Positions 27,856 through 36,272 of a DNA stretch of 50,300 bases are shown piece after piece; position 1 is the first letter of the stretch; every line of letters starts with the position of its first letter. Position numbers and translations under genes: made by a program. Source of the DNA: a virus (Duplodnaviria > Caudoviricetes); the IMG/VR virus record IMGVR_UViG_3300006121_000011, positions 1 through 50,300 of that record; one strand, given 5' to 3'. The notes beneath the pieces were generated by a model. The model was given only the letters and a program-made list of their open reading frames with translations, was not told where the DNA came from and did no database searches.

Positions 27856-28548
27856 ATGGCACTACAATTTACAAATACATCCGATGTATCTGTTCACTAC
27901 TTAAAAGTGCTAGTACACGGCCCCGCTGGTTCGGGCAAAACCAGATTGGCTGGTACTACAGGCGCGGAAACTCTTATTATTAGTGCGGAGGCTGGTTTGT
28001 TGTCTTTGCGCAATAAAAAGATTGATGTTTTTACGGTCAAGGATATTGCTGGCGTTCGTGAAGTTTACGAATATCTGCTAACCGATAAAAAATATCAATG
28101 GGTTGTCCTTGATAGCATTTCGGAAATTGGCGAAGTTGTTTTGAATAGCGAAATGGAAAAAACAAAAGACCCGCGCAAGGCTTACGGAGAAACGGCAAAT
28201 GTACTTAACGCCTTAATCCGTTGTTTTCGTGATTTGCCTAAAAATGTTTATGTTTCTGCTAAACAGGAACGGACAAAGGACGAAACAACTGGGCAATTAT
28301 TCTGGGGCGCTTCTATGCCTGGCCAAAAATTGGGGCCAGCTTTGCCCTACTTTTTTGATGAAGTTTTTGCCATGCGTACCAAAAATGTTACCGATGAAAA
28401 CGGAAACATAGACACGAAATATGCTTTGCAAACACGGCGTGACGACAGTTACGAAGCAAAAGATAGAAGTGGCGTTCTTGCTAATTTTGAAGAGCCGGAT
28501 TTATCCGCTATCTATGATAAAATCATTAACCAAGTACAAGGAGAATAG
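27856..28548 (+). CDS. AAA ATPase (AAA_24 / Sak4-like recombination protein)
   Basis: GPAGSGKT, SAEAGL, VVLDSISE, LPYFFDEV, AKDRSG. Confidence 0.88.
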   Translation: MALQFTNTSDVSVHYLKVLVHGPAGSGKTRLAGTTGAETLIISAEAGLLSLRNKKIDVFTVKDIAGVREVYEYLLTDKKYQWVVLDSISEIGEVVLNSEMEKTKDPRKAYGETANVLNALIRCFRDLPKNVYVSAKQERTKDETTGQLFWGASMPGQKLGPALPYFFDEVFAMRTKNVTDENGNIDTKYALQTRRDDSYEAKDRSGVLANFEEPDLSAIYDKIINQVQGE

Positions 28549-28550
28549 CA

Positions 28551-29051
28551 ATGGCTTTAATACAAATTCCACAGGAGTTTCAAAAACTAGTTGATGAAAT
28601 TCAAACATCATCCGGCAGGGGATTGCCCAAAATTCCAGAAGGTAAATATCACGGAGTGGCAGTTAAATCTGAACTTGTTACAACAAAAAGCGGCACTGGC
28701 ACAATGTTAGTTGTCACATTTGTTATTACGCAAGGTGAATATCGTGATACAGAATTTACCAAGCGGTTTAATATTAAAAATGACAGTCTACAAGCTGTAA
28801 AAATTGGGTTTGAAGAATTGGCTTCATTTGTAAAGTCCATTCGTATGCCTAAAATTCCAGAAGATAGTTCCGTATTGCATAACAAACCTTTGTTACTTGT
28901 TATTCATGATGTTAAAGGCAAGCCTTGGACGGATGGTGAAGGCAATCAACGGGAGGGGAAAGATTATTCGGAACTGAAAGGTTTTGAGCCATTGCCACAA
29001 GTCGGCATTGCCTCTTCTTCTCCAGCATCGGCAAAGTCGGTTAGCTGGTAA
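28551..29051 (+). CDS. Single-stranded DNA-binding protein (DUF669-like)
   Basis: IPEGKY, TKSGTGTML, GEY, LHNKPL; follows the Sak4-like ATPase; aromatic C-terminus. Confidence 0.75.
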   Translation: MALIQIPQEFQKLVDEIQTSSGRGLPKIPEGKYHGVAVKSELVTTKSGTGTMLVVTFVITQGEYRDTEFTKRFNIKNDSLQAVKIGFEELASFVKSIRMPKIPEDSSVLHNKPLLLVIHDVKGKPWTDGEGNQREGKDYSELKGFEPLPQVGIASSSPASAKSVSW

Positions 29052-29055
29052 AAAA

Positions 29056-29152
29056 TGCCCGTGTAAACGGTAATATCGTGCCAGTTTGTACGCAAATTTA
29101 AGCGGAGGGGACTCGCAGCGCACGACAGCCAGACTAGACGTAAGGTTTGGTA
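29056..29152 (+). ncRNA. Candidate structured RNA with GNRA/UNCG tetraloops and a three-way junction
   Basis: CCGT-GTAA-ACGG; TCGTGC/GCACGA enclosing AGTTTG-TACG-CAAATT and GCGGAG-GGGA-CTCGC; GCCAGACT/GGTTTGGT. Confidence 0.6.
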
Positions 29153-29176
29153 TTTCCTTAACAAACGGAGAATAAC

Positions 29177-29410
29177 ATGAGCGAAATAGAACAATTAAAA
29201 AACGGTCAAAAAAATCCTATTGAGACCGCAACAAATAAGCTGCGCGAAGCCTTGCAAAAAGATGCTCAGGCCAAGATTGATGCACAAGTAAAAAAAACAA
29301 TTGATGCTTGCAAAATTGCTAAAAATGAAAAAGCTGAATTGCAGCGTTTAATTGGTGATTTTGAAAATGAAAAAGCCAATCTTAAAGATTTGCTTGGGGA
29401 TTTGTCGTAA
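29177..29410 (+). CDS. Coiled-coil hypothetical protein
   Basis: CGGAGA SD. Confidence 0.7.
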   Translation: MSEIEQLKNGQKNPIETATNKLREALQKDAQAKIDAQVKKTIDACKIAKNEKAELQRLIGDFENEKANLKDLLGDLS

Positions 29411-29796
29411 TGATAAACGGTGATTCAATAATATATTGGAACGGTTTTTCGGCGAAAGTTAAAGACCTTTTGTCCAATGGCTGGTCGTTAAGAGAAAGAT
29501 TTAAGTTTTCTAAAAATAATTCTGGTCTTAACCCAATTTATTATTTGTCTCACCGCGATCATTCCCTTTTAGCACGTTTTTCTGAAAACAATTTAGGGAT
29601 TCCTAATTATTATGAATTGGATTTTATGATAAATTCAAAAGTAGTAAAAAAGAAAGCATTAATTGTACAAGAAGATTCTTTGGGCATTGAAGATATAGAA
29701 ACTATGTATTTAATTATTTCAAAATTGCAAAAACAATACAAAAAACCAGAAGAAAAGCCCATGCCTGTGGCAGACATAATCAAACTTTTTGCGTAG
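29410..29796 (+). CDS. Hypothetical protein
   Basis: TAATG coupling. Confidence 0.65.
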   Translation: MINGDSIIYWNGFSAKVKDLLSNGWSLRERFKFSKNNSGLNPIYYLSHRDHSLLARFSENNLGIPNYYELDFMINSKVVKKKALIVQEDSLGIEDIETMYLIISKLQKQYKKPEEKPMPVADIIKLFA

Positions 29797-29800
29797 AAAA

Positions 29801-30523
29801 ATGCCCATAATTCCTGTTCAAACTGATCCGACAATAGAAAAAATAAAAAATCAGGCCGCAAAAAGACCGCACAAAAATCGCGGTTATCTTGGCGCGTCTG
29901 AAATAGGCGAACAATGCGCCCGTAGATTGTGGTATTCGCTTAATGGATACGCCAGAAAAGAGATACGCGCTGAATGGCTATGGGCGGCTGATGATGGCAA
30001 TCGTTGCGAGGCCGTGATAGCCGATAGGTTGCGCGATGCCGGTGTTGATCTCGTGACATTTAATGAGGATGGCCAACAAAACGGGTTTAGTGATTTTGAT
30101 GGCAAATACAAGGGGCATTGGGATGGAGAAATTCTTGGCGGTTTATTGCACGCCCCAAAAACTCAAGCAATTTGGGAATGTAAATTAACAAAACAGGAAA
30201 AATTTGCCGATTTTCAGAAAAAGAAGGCCAAATTTGGCTGGAAAAATTGCTTAAAGGAATGGAATTTTGTGTATTTCATACAAGCACAGCAATATATGTT
30301 GTATCGGAAATTAAATCGGCATTACACAAATGTTTGTTTGGCCGGTGGCAGAGATATGGATTCTGCATACACAGAATTTGATAAAGAAATAGCCGAACAA
30401 TATCGAGATAGGGCACAACGAATTATAAATGCCAGAAGTGCGCCGCCCAAAATAAGCGAAAAATCTGACGATTTTAGGTGCCGAATATGTCCGTATAGTG
30501 AGGTTTGTCATGGGAAAAAGTGA
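29801..30523 (+). CDS. Cas4-like PD-(D/E)XK exonuclease
   Basis: YLGASEIG..C.R, GHWDG, WECK, Y..Q.Q.YM, C-terminal CRICPYSEVC (four-Cys Fe-S staple pattern). Confidence 0.85.
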   Translation: MPIIPVQTDPTIEKIKNQAAKRPHKNRGYLGASEIGEQCARRLWYSLNGYARKEIRAEWLWAADDGNRCEAVIADRLRDAGVDLVTFNEDGQQNGFSDFDGKYKGHWDGEILGGLLHAPKTQAIWECKLTKQEKFADFQKKKAKFGWKNCLKEWNFVYFIQAQQYMLYRKLNRHYTNVCLAGGRDMDSAYTEFDKEIAEQYRDRAQRIINARSAPPKISEKSDDFRCRICPYSEVCHGKK

Positions 30524-30677
30524 CATAAAAGACATTGTCTGCAAGGAATGTGGTTTTAGATTTGTTGTTACTTAATCTTGCAAGGAAATGAGCCAATGTT
30601 ATACGCCATTTTATTGCGATCAAAATCAAGGCAATCCTAAAAACAGGTTTAAGAGATATGATAGTAAAGAAAGATAG
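30510..30677 (+). pseudogene. Possible small Cys-rich gene with in-frame TAA at 30573-30575
   Basis: MGKSDIKDIVCKECGFRFVVT*SCKEMSQCYTPFYC...; frame spans the whole gap and overlaps both neighbours. Confidence 0.3.
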
Positions 30678-32382
30678 GTTGTATCAGACGACTTGTAACG
30701 AGGTGACAGAAACATATTTTTGCGATGATTGCAAAAGTGGTGTTGTCGTATTGCCTGTAAATTCAGGTAAAACTTACGTTATGTGTCGAATGATTGAGCG
30801 CATAATGTCAAAATCGCCACGATGCCGAATAATTATTGTGACTCATGTTAAAGAATTAATTGAACAAATGTATGAGGAAATAAAAAAAATTATTCCTGAT
30901 GCTGATGTTGGTATTTATTGCGCAGGATTAGGCCGCAAGGAAATGTCAAATGATATTACAATTTGTTCTATTCAGAGCGTTTGGAATAAAACTAACAATT
31001 TCAATCGCGCCCCTCAAGTCATTATATGCGACGAATGTCATTTGATTCCCCACAATGAGGACACAACCTATAGAAAGTTTTTTACGTCATGTTGGGAACT
31101 TAACCCAAAATGTAAAGTGATAGGATACAGCGGCACGCCATTTCGATCAGACAGCGGTTTTCTTGATGAGGGAAAAGGACGATTGTTTGAGGGGCGCATA
31201 TATGAATTGCCCATGTCATTTATGCTAAAAGAGGGTTATTGGAGTCCGCTAATAACCCCAAAAACAGAAACCTTGTTAGACGCAACCGGCGTGCCGACAA
31301 TTAATGGGGAATATAATTCCGCTAAATTAGAAAAGGCAGTTGATGTTGACGAAAAAACAATTAAATGTGTTGATGAAATAATAAAATATGCAGGCAATCG
31401 CAACAAATGGCTTGTTTTTTGCGCTGGGGTAAAGCATTGCACTCATGTCAGAGATGAAATACGTTCAAGGGGCATTTCTTGTGAAATGGTATTGGGTGAT
31501 ACTCCGAAGCAAGAAAGAGCCGACATTTTGCAGAAATACAGGGATGGCCTGATAAAATGTATTTGCAATGTTGCCACGCTTACCACCGGTATTAACATAC
31601 CGGATATTGATATGATAGCCTTAATGCGCCCCTTAAAATCAAATAATCTTTACATCCAATGTTTAGGCAGGGGCGTGAGAACCGTATACGCCAAGGGCTA
31701 TGATTTGGAGACAAGGCAAGGTCGTCTTGACGCTATAGCCAATGGATCAAAACCAAACTGCATGGTCTTGGACTTTGGAAATATTATTAACACCCTTGGT
31801 CCAATAGATGCAGTTGACATCCGCAAAAGAGAAAAAAAAGAAACAGAAGAAAAGGGCAAAGCGGTAATTAAAATATGTCCAGCTTGCGGAACTGAATGTG
31901 CAGCAGCTCAGCGTTTCTGCTATGAATGTTCTTATGAATTTCCTGTAGCCGCAATAGAAACAACCGCGACAAAAGGGGCTGCGGTTTTATCGGCAGACAT
32001 CGCGCCGGAGGAACACAAAGTCATTGATGTATCTTATAAGATACACAGAAAGAAAAACGATGAATTTGCGTTACCGACTTTGCGCGTTGATTATACTTGT
32101 ATGGGCGGTCGATTTAGTGAATTTATTTGTTTTGAGCATAGGGGAATTGCGCGAAATAAAGCCGTCCAATGGTTCAGGGAAAGACTTCCTTTGTTTCCCA
32201 TACCAGACACCGTAGAATCCGCTGTTGCTTTGCCGTACCCAATGCCAGAGAAAATATCGACAAAAAGAGAGGGCAAGTATAGCCGTGTTATAGGGGTAGA
32301 ATTTCCTGAATTGTTAGAGCCGATTCAGCCACCAAAAACGTATGAACAGGAATTAGAGGATGCTGATGAAATTCCGTTCTAA
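30658..32382 (+). CDS. Superfamily II DExH helicase (RadD/YejH-like) with Zn finger
   Basis: PVNSGKT, DECH, SGTP, LTTGINIP, QCLGRGVR, CPAC...CYEC, EIPF tail. Confidence 0.92.
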   Translation: MIVKKDRLYQTTCNEVTETYFCDDCKSGVVVLPVNSGKTYVMCRMIERIMSKSPRCRIIIVTHVKELIEQMYEEIKKIIPDADVGIYCAGLGRKEMSNDITICSIQSVWNKTNNFNRAPQVIICDECHLIPHNEDTTYRKFFTSCWELNPKCKVIGYSGTPFRSDSGFLDEGKGRLFEGRIYELPMSFMLKEGYWSPLITPKTETLLDATGVPTINGEYNSAKLEKAVDVDEKTIKCVDEIIKYAGNRNKWLVFCAGVKHCTHVRDEIRSRGISCEMVLGDTPKQERADILQKYRDGLIKCICNVATLTTGINIPDIDMIALMRPLKSNNLYIQCLGRGVRTVYAKGYDLETRQGRLDAIANGSKPNCMVLDFGNIINTLGPIDAVDIRKREKKETEEKGKAVIKICPACGTECAAAQRFCYECSYEFPVAAIETTATKGAAVLSADIAPEEHKVIDVSYKIHRKKNDEFALPTLRVDYTCMGGRFSEFICFEHRGIARNKAVQWFRERLPLFPIPDTVESAVALPYPMPEKISTKREGKYSRVIGVEFPELLEPIQPPKTYEQELEDADEIPF

Positions 32383-32533
32383 TTTCCAACTTTTTGCTGC
32401 CCCTGATGACCAGCAGGGGATTGAGCAAGCAAAAGAATATGTGCAAAAATACGACATCAAGGATAAGATAAAAATTGTTAGATTAAATAATCAAATCTTG
32501 GTTGTTACAAAAACAGAAATGAAATTGAAATGA
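32366..32533 (+). CDS. Hypothetical 55-aa protein (not in ORF track)
   Basis: GAGGA SD; MKFRSNFQLFAAPDDQQGIEQAKEYV...; ATGA overlap with the next gene. Confidence 0.6.
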   Translation: MKFRSNFQLFAAPDDQQGIEQAKEYVQKYDIKDKIKIVRLNNQILVVTKTEMKLK

Positions 32534-32925
32534 AGAAAATGAAATGGACGCCAGACTTATTGGATAAAGTAAAAAAACTGGCATCAAGTAAAACAATTCA
32601 ACAGGTGGCCGATATTTTGGGTATTCGTTATCGCCAAGTGTATTCGTGCCGCGAATATGGCATTAAGTTTTTTAAGAAAAAGAAGGAAAAAATGAAACTT
32701 TTTAACAAAAAAATTAGTTATTACCCAGTTTTGCAATTTACAACTTTTAAGAAAAAACCAAATAAATGGATGAAGGTTAAAGACGGTTTGTGTCGTTATC
32801 CCGTCAACGATGGTCCATGCCTTTTGGTTGCGCAAGGCAAAAGTCCATATTGCAAAAAGCATCACGCCATAAGTTTTGTAAAAATAAGGTCTGAATTAAA
32901 TATCAACCCAAATCGTTACAGATAA
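32530..32925 (+). CDS. gcrA: GcrA-like cell-cycle regulator homologue
   Basis: N-terminal WTPDLLDKVKKL...QVADILG HTH; C-terminal CRYPV..C...PYCKKH. Confidence 0.7.
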   Translation: MKKMKWTPDLLDKVKKLASSKTIQQVADILGIRYRQVYSCREYGIKFFKKKKEKMKLFNKKISYYPVLQFTTFKKKPNKWMKVKDGLCRYPVNDGPCLLVAQGKSPYCKKHHAISFVKIRSELNINPNRYR

Positions 32926-33080
32926 GTATTAATAAGGTCGCGAAGGATAAAACTTTTTGTAACCTTTTTACCCTCAATACCATATTTTTTAGCTGCTTTT
33001 TCCAATTTTCGATGTTCTTCTTTATCGGCAGCAAAAATAATCATTTTGCCTTTTGCCCATTTTGCTTGTCTTGAAACCAT
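32916..33080 (-). CDS. Ribbon-helix-helix (Arc/CopG-like) regulator, 54 aa (not in ORF track)
   Basis: KMIIFAADKEEHRKLEKAAKKYG...TKSFILRDLINTYL; AAAGGAG SD; own promoter candidate. Confidence 0.65.
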   Translation of the reverse strand: MVSRQAKWAKGKMIIFAADKEEHRKLEKAAKKYGIEGKKVTKSFILRDLINTYL

Positions 33081-33103
33081 TTTTATAAATCTCCTTTGCC
33101 GAC

Positions 33104-33132
33104 AATATAGAACTGTTTTGAAAAATTGTAAA
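33104..33132 (-). promoter_or_regulatory. Promoter candidate for the RHH gene
   Basis: TTTACA-N17-TATATT. Confidence 0.55.
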
Positions 33133-33157
33133 CATATTTTATTTAGAAGATAACAAA

Positions 33158-33194
33158 TATTTTATATTGACAATGCCGGAATAGGTGATAAGTT
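33158..33194 (+). promoter_or_regulatory. Promoter (family member 3)
   Basis: TTTTATATTGACA, N16, TGn-TAAGTT. Confidence 0.7.
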
Positions 33195-33299
33195 GATGGT
33201 GTCAACAAAGCAATTTTTAGTGTTATTCGTCATAGAGCTTTTGGCGTTGACCCTGAATTTTTGCCAGACAACATTCTTAACCTTGTAAGGAATTAACAC

Positions 33300-33797
33300 A
33301 TGAAAAAAACTGTCATTTTTGCCTCGATTTTAACTGTCATTCTTGCCTTGATTTCATCTATTTTGTCTGGATGTAATGTTGATGAATCTGCCGATTTGAA
33401 AAAGGCTGTTTCGCAAGTTGGTATGCCAGAAATTATTAATTTTCAAGAAAAACGCATGATGAAAACTTTATACGAATTGCGAGATCAATCTGTTGCAACT
33501 CATTCGTATATTGTTAATCAAATGAAGGGTTGTCTTGTGTATTTGGGGGCTTCTATTGGGTACGGAATCCCTTATGCCGCACAATACTCGGCACCACATG
33601 TTCCCCATTATTTTGTTAGTGGTGCGGTAAGTGAGGACGATCAAGCAGAGCCAAATGGATTGTTTATGCCGAACAATGCGCACGGAACATGGGCTATGAT
33701 TAAAGATCAAGCAAGCGACAACGTTAAGCCGGTTTATATTGAGCCTGACGTTATTGTTTCTCCATTTCGTTTGAGCGCACAGGAGTGCAAACAATGA
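33300..33797 (+). CDS. Phage lipoprotein
   Basis: Signal peptide with lipobox LSGC; SIGYGIPY and QAEPNGLF motifs. Confidence 0.75.
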   Translation: MKKTVIFASILTVILALISSILSGCNVDESADLKKAVSQVGMPEIINFQEKRMMKTLYELRDQSVATHSYIVNQMKGCLVYLGASIGYGIPYAAQYSAPHVPHYFVSGAVSEDDQAEPNGLFMPNNAHGTWAMIKDQASDNVKPVYIEPDVIVSPFRLSAQECKQ

Positions 33798-34117
33798 AAA
33801 AAGTTACCAAAAAGCCAGTTAAGAAAATTAAAAAGCCAGCCAATAAATCACAAGCGACCCTCACGGAGACTTCGCCAACTAATTCCACTGTACCTTGCAC
33901 TCCGGCGGCGGCTACCGGAGATGCCATCTCAGGCAAGGACTCAACTGTTGAAAAACAGGAAGCTACGCCAAGGGTGGAATTTTCTGAATTTGAAATTTTC
34001 AAAGCCGGATGCCGTTGGGGCGAATTGATGAAAGCAGATCAATTCCATTGGCCAGAGTTTATTATCGGATTATTGTTTGCGTTAATTGTTGGAACGTTTG
34101 TTTTATGGGTGATGTGA
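33794..34117 (+). CDS. Hypothetical protein with C-terminal TM helix
   Basis: AGGAG SD, ATGA overlap; FIIGLLFALIVGTFVLWVM. Confidence 0.6.
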   Translation: MKKVTKKPVKKIKKPANKSQATLTETSPTNSTVPCTPAAATGDAISGKDSTVEKQEATPRVEFSEFEIFKAGCRWGELMKADQFHWPEFIIGLLFALIVGTFVLWVM

Positions 34118-34479
34118 TGACCATCGATTTATCAAAAATGACGATCAAAAAAGGTGATATTGCTGTTTTTTGCAGTGGTGGAAGGAGTGAGATCGACGCA
34201 GTATTTCATGACGATAAAGGTTATACATTTATATTTAATAAATGTTTTAGTTTTTTTTATTCCGTTAAAGGTGAATTTTCCGGTTGTAAAAATTGTGATC
34301 TAAACATCGTAGCCATCGAACATAAAGAAGAAGAAGAAAGCGAGGTAGATAAGTTTTTTTCTGGTTGTAGATTAGGAATGGGTTTTTATAATCCAGATAC
34401 GAAATGGGCCCCAACAGATTTATACCACTTAGCCCAAGCAATCATGGCTGATGTTGAAAAGAAAATAGGTGGGAAATGA
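34117..34479 (+). CDS. Hypothetical protein
   Basis: TGATG coupling at 34117. Confidence 0.6.
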   Translation: MTIDLSKMTIKKGDIAVFCSGGRSEIDAVFHDDKGYTFIFNKCFSFFYSVKGEFSGCKNCDLNIVAIEHKEEEESEVDKFFSGCRLGMGFYNPDTKWAPTDLYHLAQAIMADVEKKIGGK

Positions 34480-34661
34480 GTAAATCACAATATGTTTGGA
34501 TTGAAAGCAACATATACAAAACTATTGGAGTTAATGTAGGAGGCCAAGTTAAACAAATTCCCATTGATAGCATGGGAGGAGGTGCAATTGGAATAATGTT
34601 TGTCTATTCAAAAATTCCAGAAGGCAAAAATAAAGAAAATTTTTGGAAGGCTGAAATATGA
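34476..34661 (+). CDS. Hypothetical protein
   Basis: ATGA overlap. Confidence 0.55.
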   Translation: MSKSQYVWIESNIYKTIGVNVGGQVKQIPIDSMGGGAIGIMFVYSKIPEGKNKENFWKAEI

Positions 34662-34740
34662 CAGAAATATCGCCAAAGGTGAAATGTTTTTGCCTTATGA
34701 TGAATACAAATTTTGTAAAATTGTAAAGGAGCAGTAGGCC

Positions 34741-34971
34741 ATGACCCCAGAAACAAAAAAGAAAAAACTTTCTCAAATTGTTTTAAGAATTGACGATAAA
34801 TATGGTCATCATATTATTCGTTTTAATGAAACAGGATGGCCGTACACAATAGAGGGATATGTTAAACAACCGGAAAATTATTTGTTGGCTCCCGATTATT
34901 TTTTACCAATTACAAAAGAAGAAGTGCAACAAGAATTTGTAAAACAAGGAAAAGAATGGAGATATGGATAA
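34741..34971 (+). CDS. Hypothetical protein
   Basis: AAGGAG SD. Confidence 0.6.
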   Translation: MTPETKKKKLSQIVLRIDDKYGHHIIRFNETGWPYTIEGYVKQPENYLLAPDYFLPITKEEVQQEFVKQGKEWRYG

Positions 34972-35149
34972 CATGACCCCAGAAACACGCAAGATTGCAC
35001 ATGATGCGTTGGAAAATATCGGAGTCACCGCGCTAACAAGCAATTTCACTGACATTGATTTATTTCTGTCTTATGGCGAACAGGAAACGTCAATAGCCCT
35101 TGCCGTGCTTGATGCCGCACCACAACCACCAGCAAAAGAAGGTGAATGA
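34964..35149 (+). CDS. Hypothetical protein
   Basis: GGAG SD; overlaps the previous stop. Confidence 0.55.
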   Translation: MDNMTPETRKIAHDALENIGVTALTSNFTDIDLFLSYGEQETSIALAVLDAAPQPPAKEGE

Positions 35150-35322
35150 TGAAAATATCTATAGAACAAAATGAAGGAACGCCATTATATCAACGCATGG
35201 ATGCTTACCTTAATGATGATTGTGATATTGACCAATTTGGATTTTCTTTGGAGTGTTTGGTTAAATCTTTTTGGGGCAATCATGTGCAATTATCTATTTT
35301 TGAAAAAATAAAAGGAAAATGA
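35146..35322 (+). CDS. Hypothetical 58-aa protein (not in ORF track)
   Basis: ATGA overlap; MMKISIEQNEG... Confidence 0.5.
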   Translation: MMKISIEQNEGTPLYQRMDAYLNDDCDIDQFGFSLECLVKSFWGNHVQLSIFEKIKGK

Positions 35323-35679
35323 ATGATGGTTCAAGTAAATCTTGGTAATTGGTCAAACGCCAAACATGGTGATATTTGCCAAATAAATTACATTGCTGTA
35401 TTTACTTTAATAAGGTCTGACAATGTAAATAAAAAAATTATGTTTGAGGACGAGCCGGGGTGGATATTAATAAAGGGAACAAATATATCTAATGGTCACC
35501 ATACTCCTGCCAAAAACCAACATGATAGAATTGATTTTAATAAAAGAAATGTAGATGTTTGGTGGGGGAAAGCATGGGTTTGGTTAAATGAACAAGCAAA
35601 AAATTTTTCTGAAGGAAAATCAGTTAAAATTTTTTATAATAATCCTTATAAATCAATAGGAGGTTTTTTTCCGCAATGA
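35323..35679 (+). CDS. Hypothetical protein
   Basis: AAGGA SD; 118 aa. Confidence 0.6.
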   Translation: MMVQVNLGNWSNAKHGDICQINYIAVFTLIRSDNVNKKIMFEDEPGWILIKGTNISNGHHTPAKNQHDRIDFNKRNVDVWWGKAWVWLNEQAKNFSEGKSVKIFYNNPYKSIGGFFPQ

Positions 35680-36037
35680 TTATCCACACCACAACCCTAA
35701 TCTACACAGCCGCAGTATGCGAAATGCGCCAACAATGGAAGTCAGCCGCGTATTATTGGGGGCTTGTGGCAGAACGTCTACCGTATAGGCAGGCTGATTT
35801 GGTTGAAAAACGGCAAGGGGAATGTTTGCAAAAAGCGGGTATGAAGTGACGCCTAATATGTATAAAAAATGGGGTAAAAGGAGTAAGGGAAAATGACGCC
35901 CAAACAAATAGCTCAACATGCAATTAATTACATAAGATTTTATTCAACTCCGTATGGAATGGGTTTTAGTTTTGATTCCAATAAATACGCGCAAGAAATT
36001 ATTAAAATAGAAATCAAAAAAAATAAAACAAAAAACC

Positions 36038-36066
36038 TTGCAAACAAAAAATAAATAAGTTAACAT
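36038..36066 (+). promoter_or_regulatory. Promoter candidate with A-rich UP element
   Basis: TTGCAA-N17-TAACAT. Confidence 0.55.
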
Positions 36067-36070
36067 AAAC

Positions 36071-36272
36071 ATTCCGTAATTGTCATTGGGTGATTAATGA
36101 GATGCCCGATTTTCGATTAAACGCTAAGTGCGTTACGTTTTGGACAGATTATTGGGTTCCGTCTAGCCCTCATCAAGAACTACAACCATGGTGCGGTTGG
36201 TTTAGGCCAATACAACATAGGCATTTGGCTTGGGAAATCGCATGGCCTCACGAAGATCATTTGCATCCTTAA
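36071..36272 (+). ncRNA. Possible structured small RNA (alternative to the doubtful 60-aa ORF)
   Basis: Five consecutive hairpins downstream of a promoter candidate; ORF has odd W/H/P composition and no clear SD. Confidence 0.3.

Noticed and set aside
29801-30523. Cas4 as part of a CRISPR-Cas system
   Set aside because: No other cas genes or array; context is a standard phage recombination module
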